Source: Setoptus koraiensis (lineage: Eukaryota > Animalia > Arthropoda). Taken from it: DNA of 64,000 nt. Under the pieces are notes generated by a model. That model had not been told where the DNA came from. It did not search any database and saw nothing but the letters and a program-made list of their open reading frames with translations. The DNA lies in NCBI GenBank assembly GCA_048013815.1, contig CM106585.1:13764001-13828000 (forward strand), written 5' to 3'. A program made the position numbers and the translations under genes. Shown here piece after piece: positions 36,901 through 47,016 of this stretch (positions within the stretch are counted from its first letter, which is position 1; every line of letters starts with the position of its first letter).

Positions 36901-38598
36901 CGCTGTCGCGTTGGGCGATAGCCACTCTCGCGGCCACCTCTCCCGACACTCCCGACACTCCCGACACTCTCGACACGCTCGGGTATCGACGCTCCCGGCC
37001 CGCAAGTCTCGCGGGTCTCGACGCCCCCGGCTTGCGAGTGTCGGGGCCGACACCTGCGCCCGCTCGTTGCCCAGGCCGCTCTCGTTGTCGGGCCGCACTT
37101 GTCGCGCAAATCGAGCCAGTCGAGCAAGATATTTACTCTATTTTGTACGCTGCGATGGTGCCCTCATGTTACGTCGTGCACTTGTTGCACCTGTCATGCC
37201 TCGCTCGCATAATGCAACAATGATCGCTTGTAATGCAATATTAATTGATAATATTGTATTATAAATTATTGTATTATAACTCATAATCTACAAGTTATTG
37301 CATCATGAATTATCGCGCTATCGAGCCAGTCCAGTTCGTGCAAACGTTTGTTTGTTTTTCGCTGAAATTCGCGACTCGGGAGCCGCCACTGCACCGTCGA
37401 TGCTGTGAACATCAACAGTAACAACACTACGCCAACTATAACATCGACGACCATTATGTTCGATTGCACCCGATCATGTCCGACCCGTGGTGCGTCCGTT
37501 ATCCGCCATAACTCGGGCACAACTCGGGTATCACTCAAGTATCACTCGGGTATCACTCGGGTATCACTCAAGTATCACTGGGGTATCAGGGACACAAAGG
37601 ATGGGGGCGAGAGGGGGAGCGGACAAAGAAAAAGAACTCACCTCTAGTTTGTGCGCGTATTCCTCGGTGATGCACTCGTTTCTTCGGCTCAATTCGGCGT
37701 TCTTCACCAGCAACTCCATGCCGTGCACGGCGGCCATTCGAAGCTTCTCCTCTTTCTCTGCCAGCAGAATGTACACGTAATCGAGGCTCGAATCGGGCTT
37801 GTCGCCGTTTGTGTCGGCGGTGCCGTGCGAGCCGTTGGTCGATGGGGCCGCCATTGCGCTGGCTGCCGACTGCTGATTGAATTGATCTGTCGCTTGCAGG
37901 CTCAGTGAGCCGAGGTCGCTGAAGTTGGAGCTGGCAATCGTTTGCTTGTTCAATTGATGAGAATCAACCAGAGTGAGCGAGTTGTGTCCCGACGAGCTGA
38001 GTATTATCTCCTCACTATCGCTTGCCGTGTGTTTCGCCGGAAGTTGTTGTTCGCCACTGTCTGCATTAGTTAACTTGCTGTTTGATTGAACACCGTTGAG
38101 ATCACTTGAGTTGTTGCTGCTGCTGTTGCTGTTGCTGCTAGTGGCCGCTAATCCGCCCGGATCGAAGCCTCCCACGACGCTTGTTTGTGACACATGATGT
38201 TGTTGTTGTTGCTGTTGTTGCACCAGCATTATCTGCTGTTTTCTGGCCAACAATTGGCTCGGGTTAGAGCGGCCTCGACTTCGCGACCGGCTCAACGACT
38301 GTGATGATTTTGCTGTCGGTTCAGTGCCGCTTTGCAGCCGCGACAATCTTGATCTTGAGCTTGTTGCGGCTCGTGTTGCGCCCTCTTCATCGGGCCGCTC
38401 GCCCGCTGTCAAGCTAGTGCGGTCACTCTCACTGTCTGTCCACTCATTCGGCTGATCGCCTGACGGATGCGGCTGGCCAACCTCAACAAACTCAAGCGTG
38501 TGTCTGTCAAGCGATGTGTTTGTTGTTGCGTTGTTGCTGTTCACCTGCGTTGATGATGTTGCTGCCGAGTGACCTGCTCTTTGCTCGATCATTTGCAT
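11491..38598 (-). CDS. BICDR: Bicaudal D-related protein (BICDR/BICDL). Exons 38598-37642, 23373-23224, 14175-13336, 13225-13084, 12949-12861, 12574-12191, 11706-11491 (~925 aa); a small exon may be missing between 23224 and 14175
   Basis: EKEEKLRMAAVHGMELL (N-terminal coiled coil), LEQEKYALKRSLE, and KLAWKARDEAVQRKNNAEIALAKTRIENMQITSQLMEVVQQKGELSQRLAQFE (BICDR C-terminal hallmark). All GT-AG junctions are phase-compatible. Confidence 0.85.
14302..14751 (-). CDS. Candidate alternative or internal coding exon of BICDR (150 codons, MKKFKSLISL...)
   Basis: Non-repetitive ATG ORF on the BICDR strand. It ends at a weak phase-0 donor (CCT|gtaatt) 126 nt upstream of the phase-0 acceptor at 14175. 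Confidence 0.45.
18932..19026. repeat. 10-mer minisatellite (tgcgttcg[g/t]t) ~9.5 copies
   Basis: Directly visible tandem units. Confidence 0.95.
19134..19305. repeat. Compound trinucleotide tract (aat/aac/agc/gac)n
   Basis: Directly visible. Confidence 0.9.
21874..21912. repeat. (AC)n microsatellite, ~19 units
   Basis: Directly visible. Confidence 0.95.
22581..22630. repeat. Self-complementary 10-mer array (cgttacgtaa)x5
   Basis: Five exact units; each contains the palindrome TTACGTAA. Confidence 0.95.
26870..26953. repeat. 14-mer minisatellite (gacgattagactgc)x6
   Basis: Five exact units plus one with a single mismatch. Confidence 0.95.
36536..36650. repeat. (gtt/gct/gtc)n trinucleotide tract
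   Basis: Directly visible. Confidence 0.9.
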
Positions 38599-41500
38599 AT
38601 GACGCAATCTTGATCAGATTACAACTGTTGCTTGCTTGTTTGCCTATTGATTGTTGCTCGCCCGCTATAACTATGAACTTGCGATTGTTGGCCAACTTCC
38701 GGCGACGATATTCACTTGTAAATACTGTGAATAGAATTGTGCTGTAAATAGAGTTACACTGTAAATATAACCACGCTGTAAATAGTGCTGTGAATAGTGC
38801 TGTAAATAGTATTGTAAATGTAGGAGGTCGTTGCGTGTTTGGCCAATGGTGACTTGTTGCAGTTCGAATGCCACAAGCGAGCTGCTGCTCGTCGACTGTC
38901 GGACAATAATGACACAATAATGAGATAGAGAGCGCAAAAAGATTTTCACTAATTAGTGCTTAATGATTGAGATATTTTTGGAGAGTGTTGGTGTGCCGAG
39001 TGACTGGCGCGACAATTAGCACCATGTTTGTCGTTGTTTGCGCTAGCCGGTGTTACATCGAGCGGGTGTTTGGTTGCACGATGACGACAGTAAAATCACG
39101 CTAATATCACAGCAATAACACAATATATCTGTCAGCAAATTGTTGCCACTGACACGACATAACACTAACAGAGAGATATGACATAACATTGACAGAGATA
39201 CGACAGCCTCTCAACGACAGAGACAGAGACAAAGACAAAGAGCGAGTGAGCCATAAATAAATAATTTGCCGCTGATGCTGTTGTGATGCTCACATGAGCC
39301 TGTGCCCATGATAATCATAAATCATCATCATTGATTATTACGTAACAATAACAAACACACACAGTTGTGGTATTACAAGCCATAACATTGTTGCTGTTGG
39401 CTGCTTATTTTGTTTTCGCTAACAATTGTAAGACATTGTACATTGGGTATTATGTAAGTTGTAATAATAATAATACAAATACAAACGAATAATACAAAGT
39501 GTTGTTTACAATGACATAATACCGCCGGTGGCTGACATTGCAGCGTGAGTCATAGCCGGCGACAAGTGCAACAGCAAGTGCCACAACAAGTGCAGAGCTC
39601 GCCGGCCGACACTGGCCACTGACAACGTCATTCAAGAACGGCCAGCGCCGGCGATTTACGTGACGCTAATGAGGCCATCAACATGGGCCAACAATGGCCG
39701 CCGACAGGCAACACAACACGACACATTGACAGCCGATTCTTTTGCGGTCAGCTGATTGGCTTGCGCCGCCGGCCATTTCATGCGATTCCGGCCGTCGACT
39801 CCGACTGTCGATTCTGGCTGCGAATTTCGCAGTCTCGATTGCGGCCTTTCGCAGACACGGCCGGCGAGACACGGCCGGCGAGACGCGGCCGGCGAGACGC
39901 GGCCGGCGAACAGCTCGAAAACGCATCGGGTTTGAGCTGGAGCCATGCAAACTAGCCGGCTCAGCCGCCATTGTCTGGCCGCCAATGACAGATATTGTTG
40001 TGCGACCGTTGACCACTAATCACTGCGATGGTCGGCGATAACTGACCAACTGTCAGTGCGAAAGTGTGCCCATCGACATATCTCGTGAGTGCCGGTGCTT
40101 CATCGGTTGCGCGAATCGTTTGGCCGGCGTTCGGCCGTCATTTGGCCGTCGCTCGGCCGCCACTGACCACTGGCCACAGGCTTCTATTGTCCGCCGGTGG
40201 CTAGAAAGCGTTCTTTTCTTTGGCCAATTCTGCGGCGATCGACGCCGCGAAACAATTGGCGCGAAGCGTTCGCACACTTGGCGGCGAACGAAGCCGAGAG
40301 TCGCATGAGCGAGGGCGGATCTCGCTTCCATCGCTTGTCTCGTCTCTTTCGCCGGCCAGATTGGCCGGCCTGATTGCGGGACGCTCGAGTGTGTCGGACG
40401 ACGCGCCCGATGGAAGCCGCCCGAAGATGCGCCGAGCGAGCGGCGGGCGGGCGACCAGTTAGCGCGATGAATGGCGGCCGAAGTGCGAAATGGCGGCCGG
40501 CGCGCTGAATGGATCGGCCGAATTGAGTCGCTTCGAATTGTTCACAACAAACGCTCGACGAACGCTCAACAAACGAGAATTAATGGCTCAAGGCCCCGTT
40601 GCGCCGGCTGGCCGGCCGACCGAGCGACCGGGCCAACAAAGATCAAATTGCAATCAGTTGCAGCCGACGCTCTGATGCGGCGGACGGACCGTGATTTGAA
40701 ACGGTGCCAATTGTGCGCCAAACGGGCGGCCAGACGTCAGCACATGGCTCGGTGTGCCACTGGGAGCGGTCAGCTGGGCTCATTTGCTCACCTGTACAGG
40801 TGAGTGAGCGGCTTGCCGACAGTGTGTGAGCTGTTATCAATATTTGGCGGCACCGTTGCGCAAGAGCGTGATTAATTGCCACTTTTTCATCATTGTCGAG
40901 TCGTCGAGAGCCGTTTTAGAGCCGTTCGAGCGCCGTTCGAGACGAGAGAGTGTGGGCCAACTCTCTCTCTCTCGCTCTGTCCGTCGCAGTCGCACGTCAC
41001 CGGCGCACAATGGGCGCTCTGCATGGATAATCCACTGTAAAACTGGCAACAAAATACTCGCAAACTCTCGCAACGGGCCGGCGCTGGCCAACTGGCCAAC
41101 GAGCCCATCTTGTGCGACTCGGCCAGCCAAAACAGGGATAAAAAGATGATTGATTGCGATCACTTAATTGATCTCCGGCTGCCGCTGCTTTTGTGCCGGC
41201 CACAAGCGGCTTCGCGAGGCCGCCTCAACAGCAAATCAATTTCATCATGTGCAGCTATTTTTATCAATCACACCATATATGTTATACAAATATATGGTGT
41301 GATTCGGGCCGATTGGCCGGCGTGAGAGCAGCGGGTCGCCGCGGCGGCGCCGTCTCTCGGTGGTCCGCTCACAAATATTATACAATAAATATTTTATACG
41401 TTGGCGCGATGGTTGCGGGCTGGCCCATTTCGGCTCGGCAGCCAATCTCTGTCAATGTCAGTGGAATGCGACCGATCGACTTGACAAGTGCGAGTGTCGT

Positions 41501-41695
41501 CGCATTAATTGACAGTTTGTATCCCGACCAGCAATGACAATCTCATCGACGGGAGTCGCTCTCTCAGCTGATGGCTCGGCTTGAGTGTGTGCATTTGTCC
41601 GGTCGCAAACGGCACAACAAATCGCGGCTCGAATTACGTAACTGGCGCAACACAAACTGGCGTCGCTAATGGATTGCGGAGCAGTCAGTGTTGTT

Positions 41696-41776
41696 GGCAC
41701 AAGTTGGCGTCTATGTTGTCGGCACAAGTTGGCGTCTATGTTGTCGGCACAAGTTGGCGTCTATGTTGTCGGCACA
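41696..41776. repeat. 25-mer tandem repeat (ggcacaagttggcgtctatgttgtc)x3
   Basis: Three exact units plus a partial. Confidence 0.95.
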
Positions 41777-44671
41777 GAATGGCGTCTGGCTGGGTAATTA
41801 GCGATAATTAGCGCGCGATACACCGATGCGGTGTGACTTTGGGCCAACAGGCGAGCGGCGGCGGCGGCCAAAAATAAGAAGCCAAAATGTATTAACAGTG
41901 CAGGCCAAATAATGAGCCAATAAGGCAATTACAGTCGGCATAACGGTTGCCCCATTCGCCGGCTCTCCACCACAGTGGTCATATAATTTATATTATATAA
42001 ATGATGGTCGTGCCCGTTGCGTCAGTATGCGCGCCAGCAAGCTATCCAGCTCGGATAATCCAGCTGGCAACTTGTCAGTGTGTCGTGTGTGTGTGTGTGT
42101 GAGCGGCCATTGTCGCCCAACTGTGCAGAATCGCCATTCGTAATTGTCGAGACAGATTGTGCAAACTCACTAATTATTATTTGTGTGCTTAATTATTGAA
42201 TTCAATAATATCATGATGATGACGGCGACGACGACGACTCACTGCAACTGTTATTATGAGCCAGCAAACGGCGCTGGCAAGCTAGCTTGTCGCCCAGTTA
42301 CAGCTAGCTGGCCAGCTGTAACTGGGCGACCGCTGCCAGCATTGGGCATAAGCCGGCCGGAGTGCCGATTGGGCAATCGTGACTTGGGACACTGTCCACA
42401 GTGCAAATCGGATATTTATTAGTCAGTCACCTTGACTAAGCCTCGCCAACTGTCCATCGCCGCTCGCAAGCAAATGAATTATTTACAACGGCGGCCAATG
42501 TCCAGTTCCTAGTTTCAGTTCGGTTGTGCCCGTCGCCGGCGCACACACGACTCTCACTGGCAATTTACATCTCTCTCTATGTCTATCTCGGGCCGTCTCG
42601 TATCTGTCGGCCGTCTCGTATCCGACCGCTGGCCAGTCATATCTGGCTGCCAGACATGATAGGGCCACAACCGGCGAATGGGCGAGCCGGCCGGACATGT
42701 GACCATCGCAACGCAGCCGGCACAAAATATCCGAAATTGAGAGCAACGGTGCAAATAATCAAAGCGCCGCCATCACGATTGGCTGTGCGAGCGGGCCGTC
42801 TCGGCAACAATCGTTGCATAATAAATATATTACATGTGCCAGTGGTGGGGATTATCGCTCGATTGCTCAAAACTTTTGAGTCAAAACTATTGAGCCGAAA
42901 GGCAGCGACGGCCAGACAGGTGGTAGCCCCCAGTTCTGGCCAACTGGTGGCGCTTATCGCGGCGCACAAACACATTTGGCCGGACTAAGCTGTGTCGGCG
43001 ACGATGTCATCGGATGAAGTGAGAAATTATCCGCTTCGCCCTGTGCCTTCGCCCGACAGAGGGCTTGCTGATTGAACTGGCCGAAACTGACAATGATTGT
43101 GAGCCCGCGACGATGACCGATGCAACGAACGGCCGCAATTACACTCTTGCCACGCCATATCACTGCCATATCACCGCCGTATGGCTGCCATATCACCGCT
43201 ACATGGCTGCGATATCGCGCGGTAACACGCCGGCGCTCACTAATGGATATTTGCGCCCCGCTCTGGCAAATTAGCTTTTCGTGCAATCGTGACAAAGGCA
43301 CGACACAATCGGCCAGACGGGCCCGGGTCGCGGCCCGGACACCGCCGGATCGCTCATATAATCGCAGCATTTATCGCGCTGTCCATCGTGGACGAATCGT
43401 CTCGTTTGTTTCGTCTGGCGCGTCAACTCACCCAAATGTCGAAATGGTATTTTTGGCGCTTCTTGTCTCGATTGTGACGGTTCTTTCGGGCGCCGATTTG
43501 CGTGTCTTGAGGCTCTTGAATTTGCAATTCACTTTCAGCTTTCACCTTTGTCTTGCATGGATCTTCTGGTCGGTGCCGGTGCTTCGTTAGGTGGCTTGCG
43601 TGGCTACTGTATTGATTGATTCTTGCAAGTTCTTGCTGCTGGCGAAGGCGTTCAAATGGCTGTTCCTGCTGATCACATTGATCATTGATTCTCGTTGTTT
43701 GCGTCCACAAACAAACCGGAAAAAAACAAACTGCCTGTCGAATTGACTGTCGATGTGTCGATGATCTTGGGGCTCGTTCGCGCACAAACACACGAGCAAG
43801 TCGAGAGAAACACTGACGACGAGCGGTGAAAATAATCAAATTAATGATCGCACTCTATTGTTTCAGACACAATTCACGTCACGTCGCGGTTGCCGTTTCT
43901 CTTGAAGTTGGTGCGTTTGTGGTTGTCGTTGTTGCGACTGTAGTTGTCGTTGTTGTGGCTGTTGTTGCTGCCGGCTGCCTAGGAATGGCTTGGTGGTTCG
44001 CGTTGTGCAAGCTGCGTTGCTCGGCGCTACATGTTCCAAGGATAAAATGAACGCAAAAAGTGTCCCCTTCCACGAAAACCGTGTTGTTGTCGTTCGCTCG
44101 TTGTTGCTGTTCGCTCGTTGTTGTTGTTGTCGCGATTGTGAGTAATGGTTAACTGTAAACAAGTCACTGTTTTCTTGCACTACATAAACATCACACACTC
44201 AGTGACTCGCTCTCGAGCTACCTGGCTCAATTGCTCAATGGCTGGCTGACGCGATAAAACCCGGTGTGTGAATGAGAATATCGCTTGCCGGCTGTTGTCG
44301 TTGTTCAGTCGTCTAGGCAATCACGGACTTGCAAGACTCACTGTTTCAATTGCGCAAAGCTATACACACAGGTGAGGCAAAGTCGTCATCGTAGACGCCG
44401 TCAACGTAGCCTGAGCTGGCTCATACTTAACAGGGTTGAGCTAACGTTGCCAGTTGCCATGCCAACTACAATTGACTCACCTGTGCGCGAACAACACCAT
44501 AAAGTAACACAAACTGCGTCCCTCTGCCCCCCACCCCATCCCCTCCCATTAGGTTTTCATTTGTAAACAACATTTGAAGAATACAGTAGTGCCCTCTGAC
44601 GCAATTCAGACGCACAATAACTCGTCGGATATTACCGGTAAAAAAGTAAAGTTAAAGTTAAAGTAAAGGTA

Positions 44672-45661
44672 AAGTTGCAACTAGAGGATATGATCAGAGA
44701 ATTGATGGGTTATTCGCTGAAGTATGAGCCAAACACGATCAGTTCATTCATGGAGGAGCTGTCCAAAATAGATTTAGTGGGTATGAACACGGGAAATATT
44801 ATTGAACTTTTGGCCAAATTTGATTATCTATTGTCGGCATTTGGCGGTCATGACGCGAATAAATCAAGAGAAGCTGCAGTCAAAGCCATACAAATCTTTA
44901 ATAAAATGAAAAATAAAGCAAAAGACAAACAACAGCCTAGTCAAACCAACTGGTCAGATGTTGGCGGTATGAGCGAAGTAAAAAAGCAGATAGCCGACGC
45001 CATTCAACTACCTAATGATTATCCTCAGCTGAGGCGTCAAAGTGAGGAGAACATTCGCAATGTATTCCAGAAGGCAAGAGAACAGGCACCGAGTGTGATA
45101 TTTTTTGACGAATTTGACTCCTTAGCTCCGAATCGAGGAGCTAAGGAGTCTTCTCTGTTATGCCGAAATGGGCGGCATAACAGAGAATGACAATCAAGTA
45201 TTCGTTATTGGCGCAACCAATCGTATTGATCTTATTGACAAAAATTTCCTCAGGCCCGGAAGATTTGACAGAGTGATAGAGGTGCCCCTTCCCAGAGATT
45301 CCAAGACAAGATTAGCTATATTGGAGGCAATTACGAGGAAGATGTCTCTCAGCGATGATGTTGACTTGACAGAGATCGAAGAGAAGTGTCCCCCAGCAAT
45401 GAGCGGAGCGGATCTATATTCTTTGTGCGCCAATGCAATGAAAATGTCCCTAATGAATTGTGTCCAACAAATAACTAGCGGTCTGAAAAGTGAATCCGAA
45501 TGTGATATTGTAATCAGCCAAGAAGACCTTATGAAGGCTCTCGGCGAATTTATTAAGTGAGTTAATAGACTAAAGAATTATCTTTTTTTTTTCTGTTTGC
45601 CACCGGCGCTGGATTATATCAAAGGAGGAGGAGGAGGTGTCATTCGATGAAAATTTATGAT
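44672..45661 (+). pseudogene. PEX6: Partial duplicate of the PEX6 3' half (matches 47893-49042), with Walker A deleted and a frameshift
   Basis: Near-identical to the intact copy except for a 129-nt deletion, a 52-nt to 23-nt replacement (frameshift) and scattered SNPs; lacks the 5' part. Confidence 0.9.
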
Positions 45662-45666
45662 ACGGG

Positions 45667-46434
45667 CTATTCGTCCTCATCAGAGGAATAATTAAACCTA
45701 TTGTCGAAATAGATTTTTGGCGTTTCAAGCTGTGGAATATCTTCCTTATCCTTATAACCCTCCAAGATGATGCACTCAAGTTTAGGGCAGCTGGCGATTA
45801 CCTTGTCAAGGGATCTTCTAGAGTCTAGAGAAGCTGACAACACTTCAAGCTTCGGACACGCACATATAAAATCTAGAGCTTCTTCATGTTTGAACGACCC
45901 TGTCACATTGAGCGATTGCATAATGTATTCCTCGTTGGCGACAGAAATGCGTTGCTCGCTAATAAATGACATGTCCAGATGGAGAAGTCTTGATTTGACC
46001 TCAGGCAACAGCCTACTTAACTCATTCTGGCTGTCCGAATGTATCCCAGCAATCACGAGCGTAGTTACGTGGCGACACTTTGTCACCAGATTAAATAGTT
46101 CTGATGGAGCGAAAAACATAAACGCTAACTCCAAATGCGTCAACATGGGACAATAGTCACTCAAGTAGCGGTGCGAGTTCGTGACGAGTTTGTGCCGCAC
46201 CAAATTGAAGAGGCTGACTTTTCTCAAATTCGGAAGTTTCATGAGAAGTGACCCCAAGGTCGTGATGTCCATAGGCGTTAGAAGATTTCTCCAGCAGAGT
46301 TCCTGCAGTCTGCTGAAATGATCGGCGACCAGCAAGTTCATTCTTTTTGATACCAGTGAAAGACGGCCACAGTCGTTCAAATTATTCAAATAGCTGATGA
46401 TCTTCAGCAAAAGCTCGTTGGGTAATTTATCCAT
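45667..46434 (-). CDS. F-box / leucine-rich-repeat protein (255 aa), intronless
   Basis: N-terminal F-box (MDKLPNELLLKIISYL...LSLVSKRMNLL) followed by LRR-like units (CPMLTHLEL, CPKLEVL, CPKLECIIL). Confidence 0.85.
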   Translation of the reverse strand: MDKLPNELLLKIISYLNNLNDCGRLSLVSKRMNLLVADHFSRLQELCWRNLLTPMDITTLGSLLMKLPNLRKVSLFNLVRHKLVTNSHRYLSDYCPMLTHLELAFMFFAPSELFNLVTKCRHVTTLVIAGIHSDSQNELSRLLPEVKSRLLHLDMSFISEQRISVANEEYIMQSLNVTGSFKHEEALDFICACPKLEVLSASLDSRRSLDKVIASCPKLECIILEGYKDKEDIPQLETPKIYFDNRFNYSSDEDE

Positions 46435-47016
46435 TGCTTTTCACTTGTTTTGTAAATAAATTTGCAGGCACGAAGTAGTAATACAATAATGTAACTAAAG
46501 TATGCAATTATACAATAACCCAAAAATGTAATTGCTGGTTGTAATGACGCGTGCAGGACTCTAATGTATAATTGCAATCGCAGTCTCTGCTGCGGCGCCA
46601 ATAATCCATGCTCGATTTTTTAGTTGAGGTTGCATCTAGGACGAGCAATGCGATAAACAAATTCAACGGTTTTCCCTGAGTGAGTCGATTGACGGTTGGA
46701 TAATTCAATCAGTATTGAATTATCCTAGAGATTGTCGAGCATACGATTCACCCAATGAATATCCAACCGGAAACTATAACTCTCGTTGAAAAGTTGTATC
46801 GGTTGTCATGCACAGGTCACTCACTTGTTTGTGCAAATATTAACATATGATCGCACCAAATGCGTCTGTGCATCACACTGTCAGCGCACAAGTTGCAAAA
46901 ACATTTGTTTACAAACGATATTTGTGTGTCCTATTGTCTGACTGATCTATTTATGACTATCTATTTATTATGATCACAACTCAATGAATTAACGTTCAGC
47001 TTTGGAAACACTTGAG

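Larger units (their letters stand above)
14760..44640. other. Low-complexity, CpG-rich non-coding domain (BICDR introns and upstream region)
   Basis: Dense (aac/gtt)n, (ca)n and 8-29-nt tandem duplications and palindromes. The many ORFs here are poly-N/Q/T/V/L/C artefacts, apart from the BICDR exons. Confidence 0.85.

Noticed and set aside
14760-44640. Dozens of ORFs with poly-N/Q/T/L/V/C runs, including Cys-rich 'metallothionein-like' 17034-17756 and 28830-29045
   Set aside because: They are translations of trinucleotide microsatellites, open in several frames on both strands.
44641-45661. PEX6 duplicate as a LINE-mediated retrocopy
   Set aside because: No poly(A) tail or target-site duplication seen, and the parent is intronless so processing cannot be shown; the junction looks like DNA repair instead.
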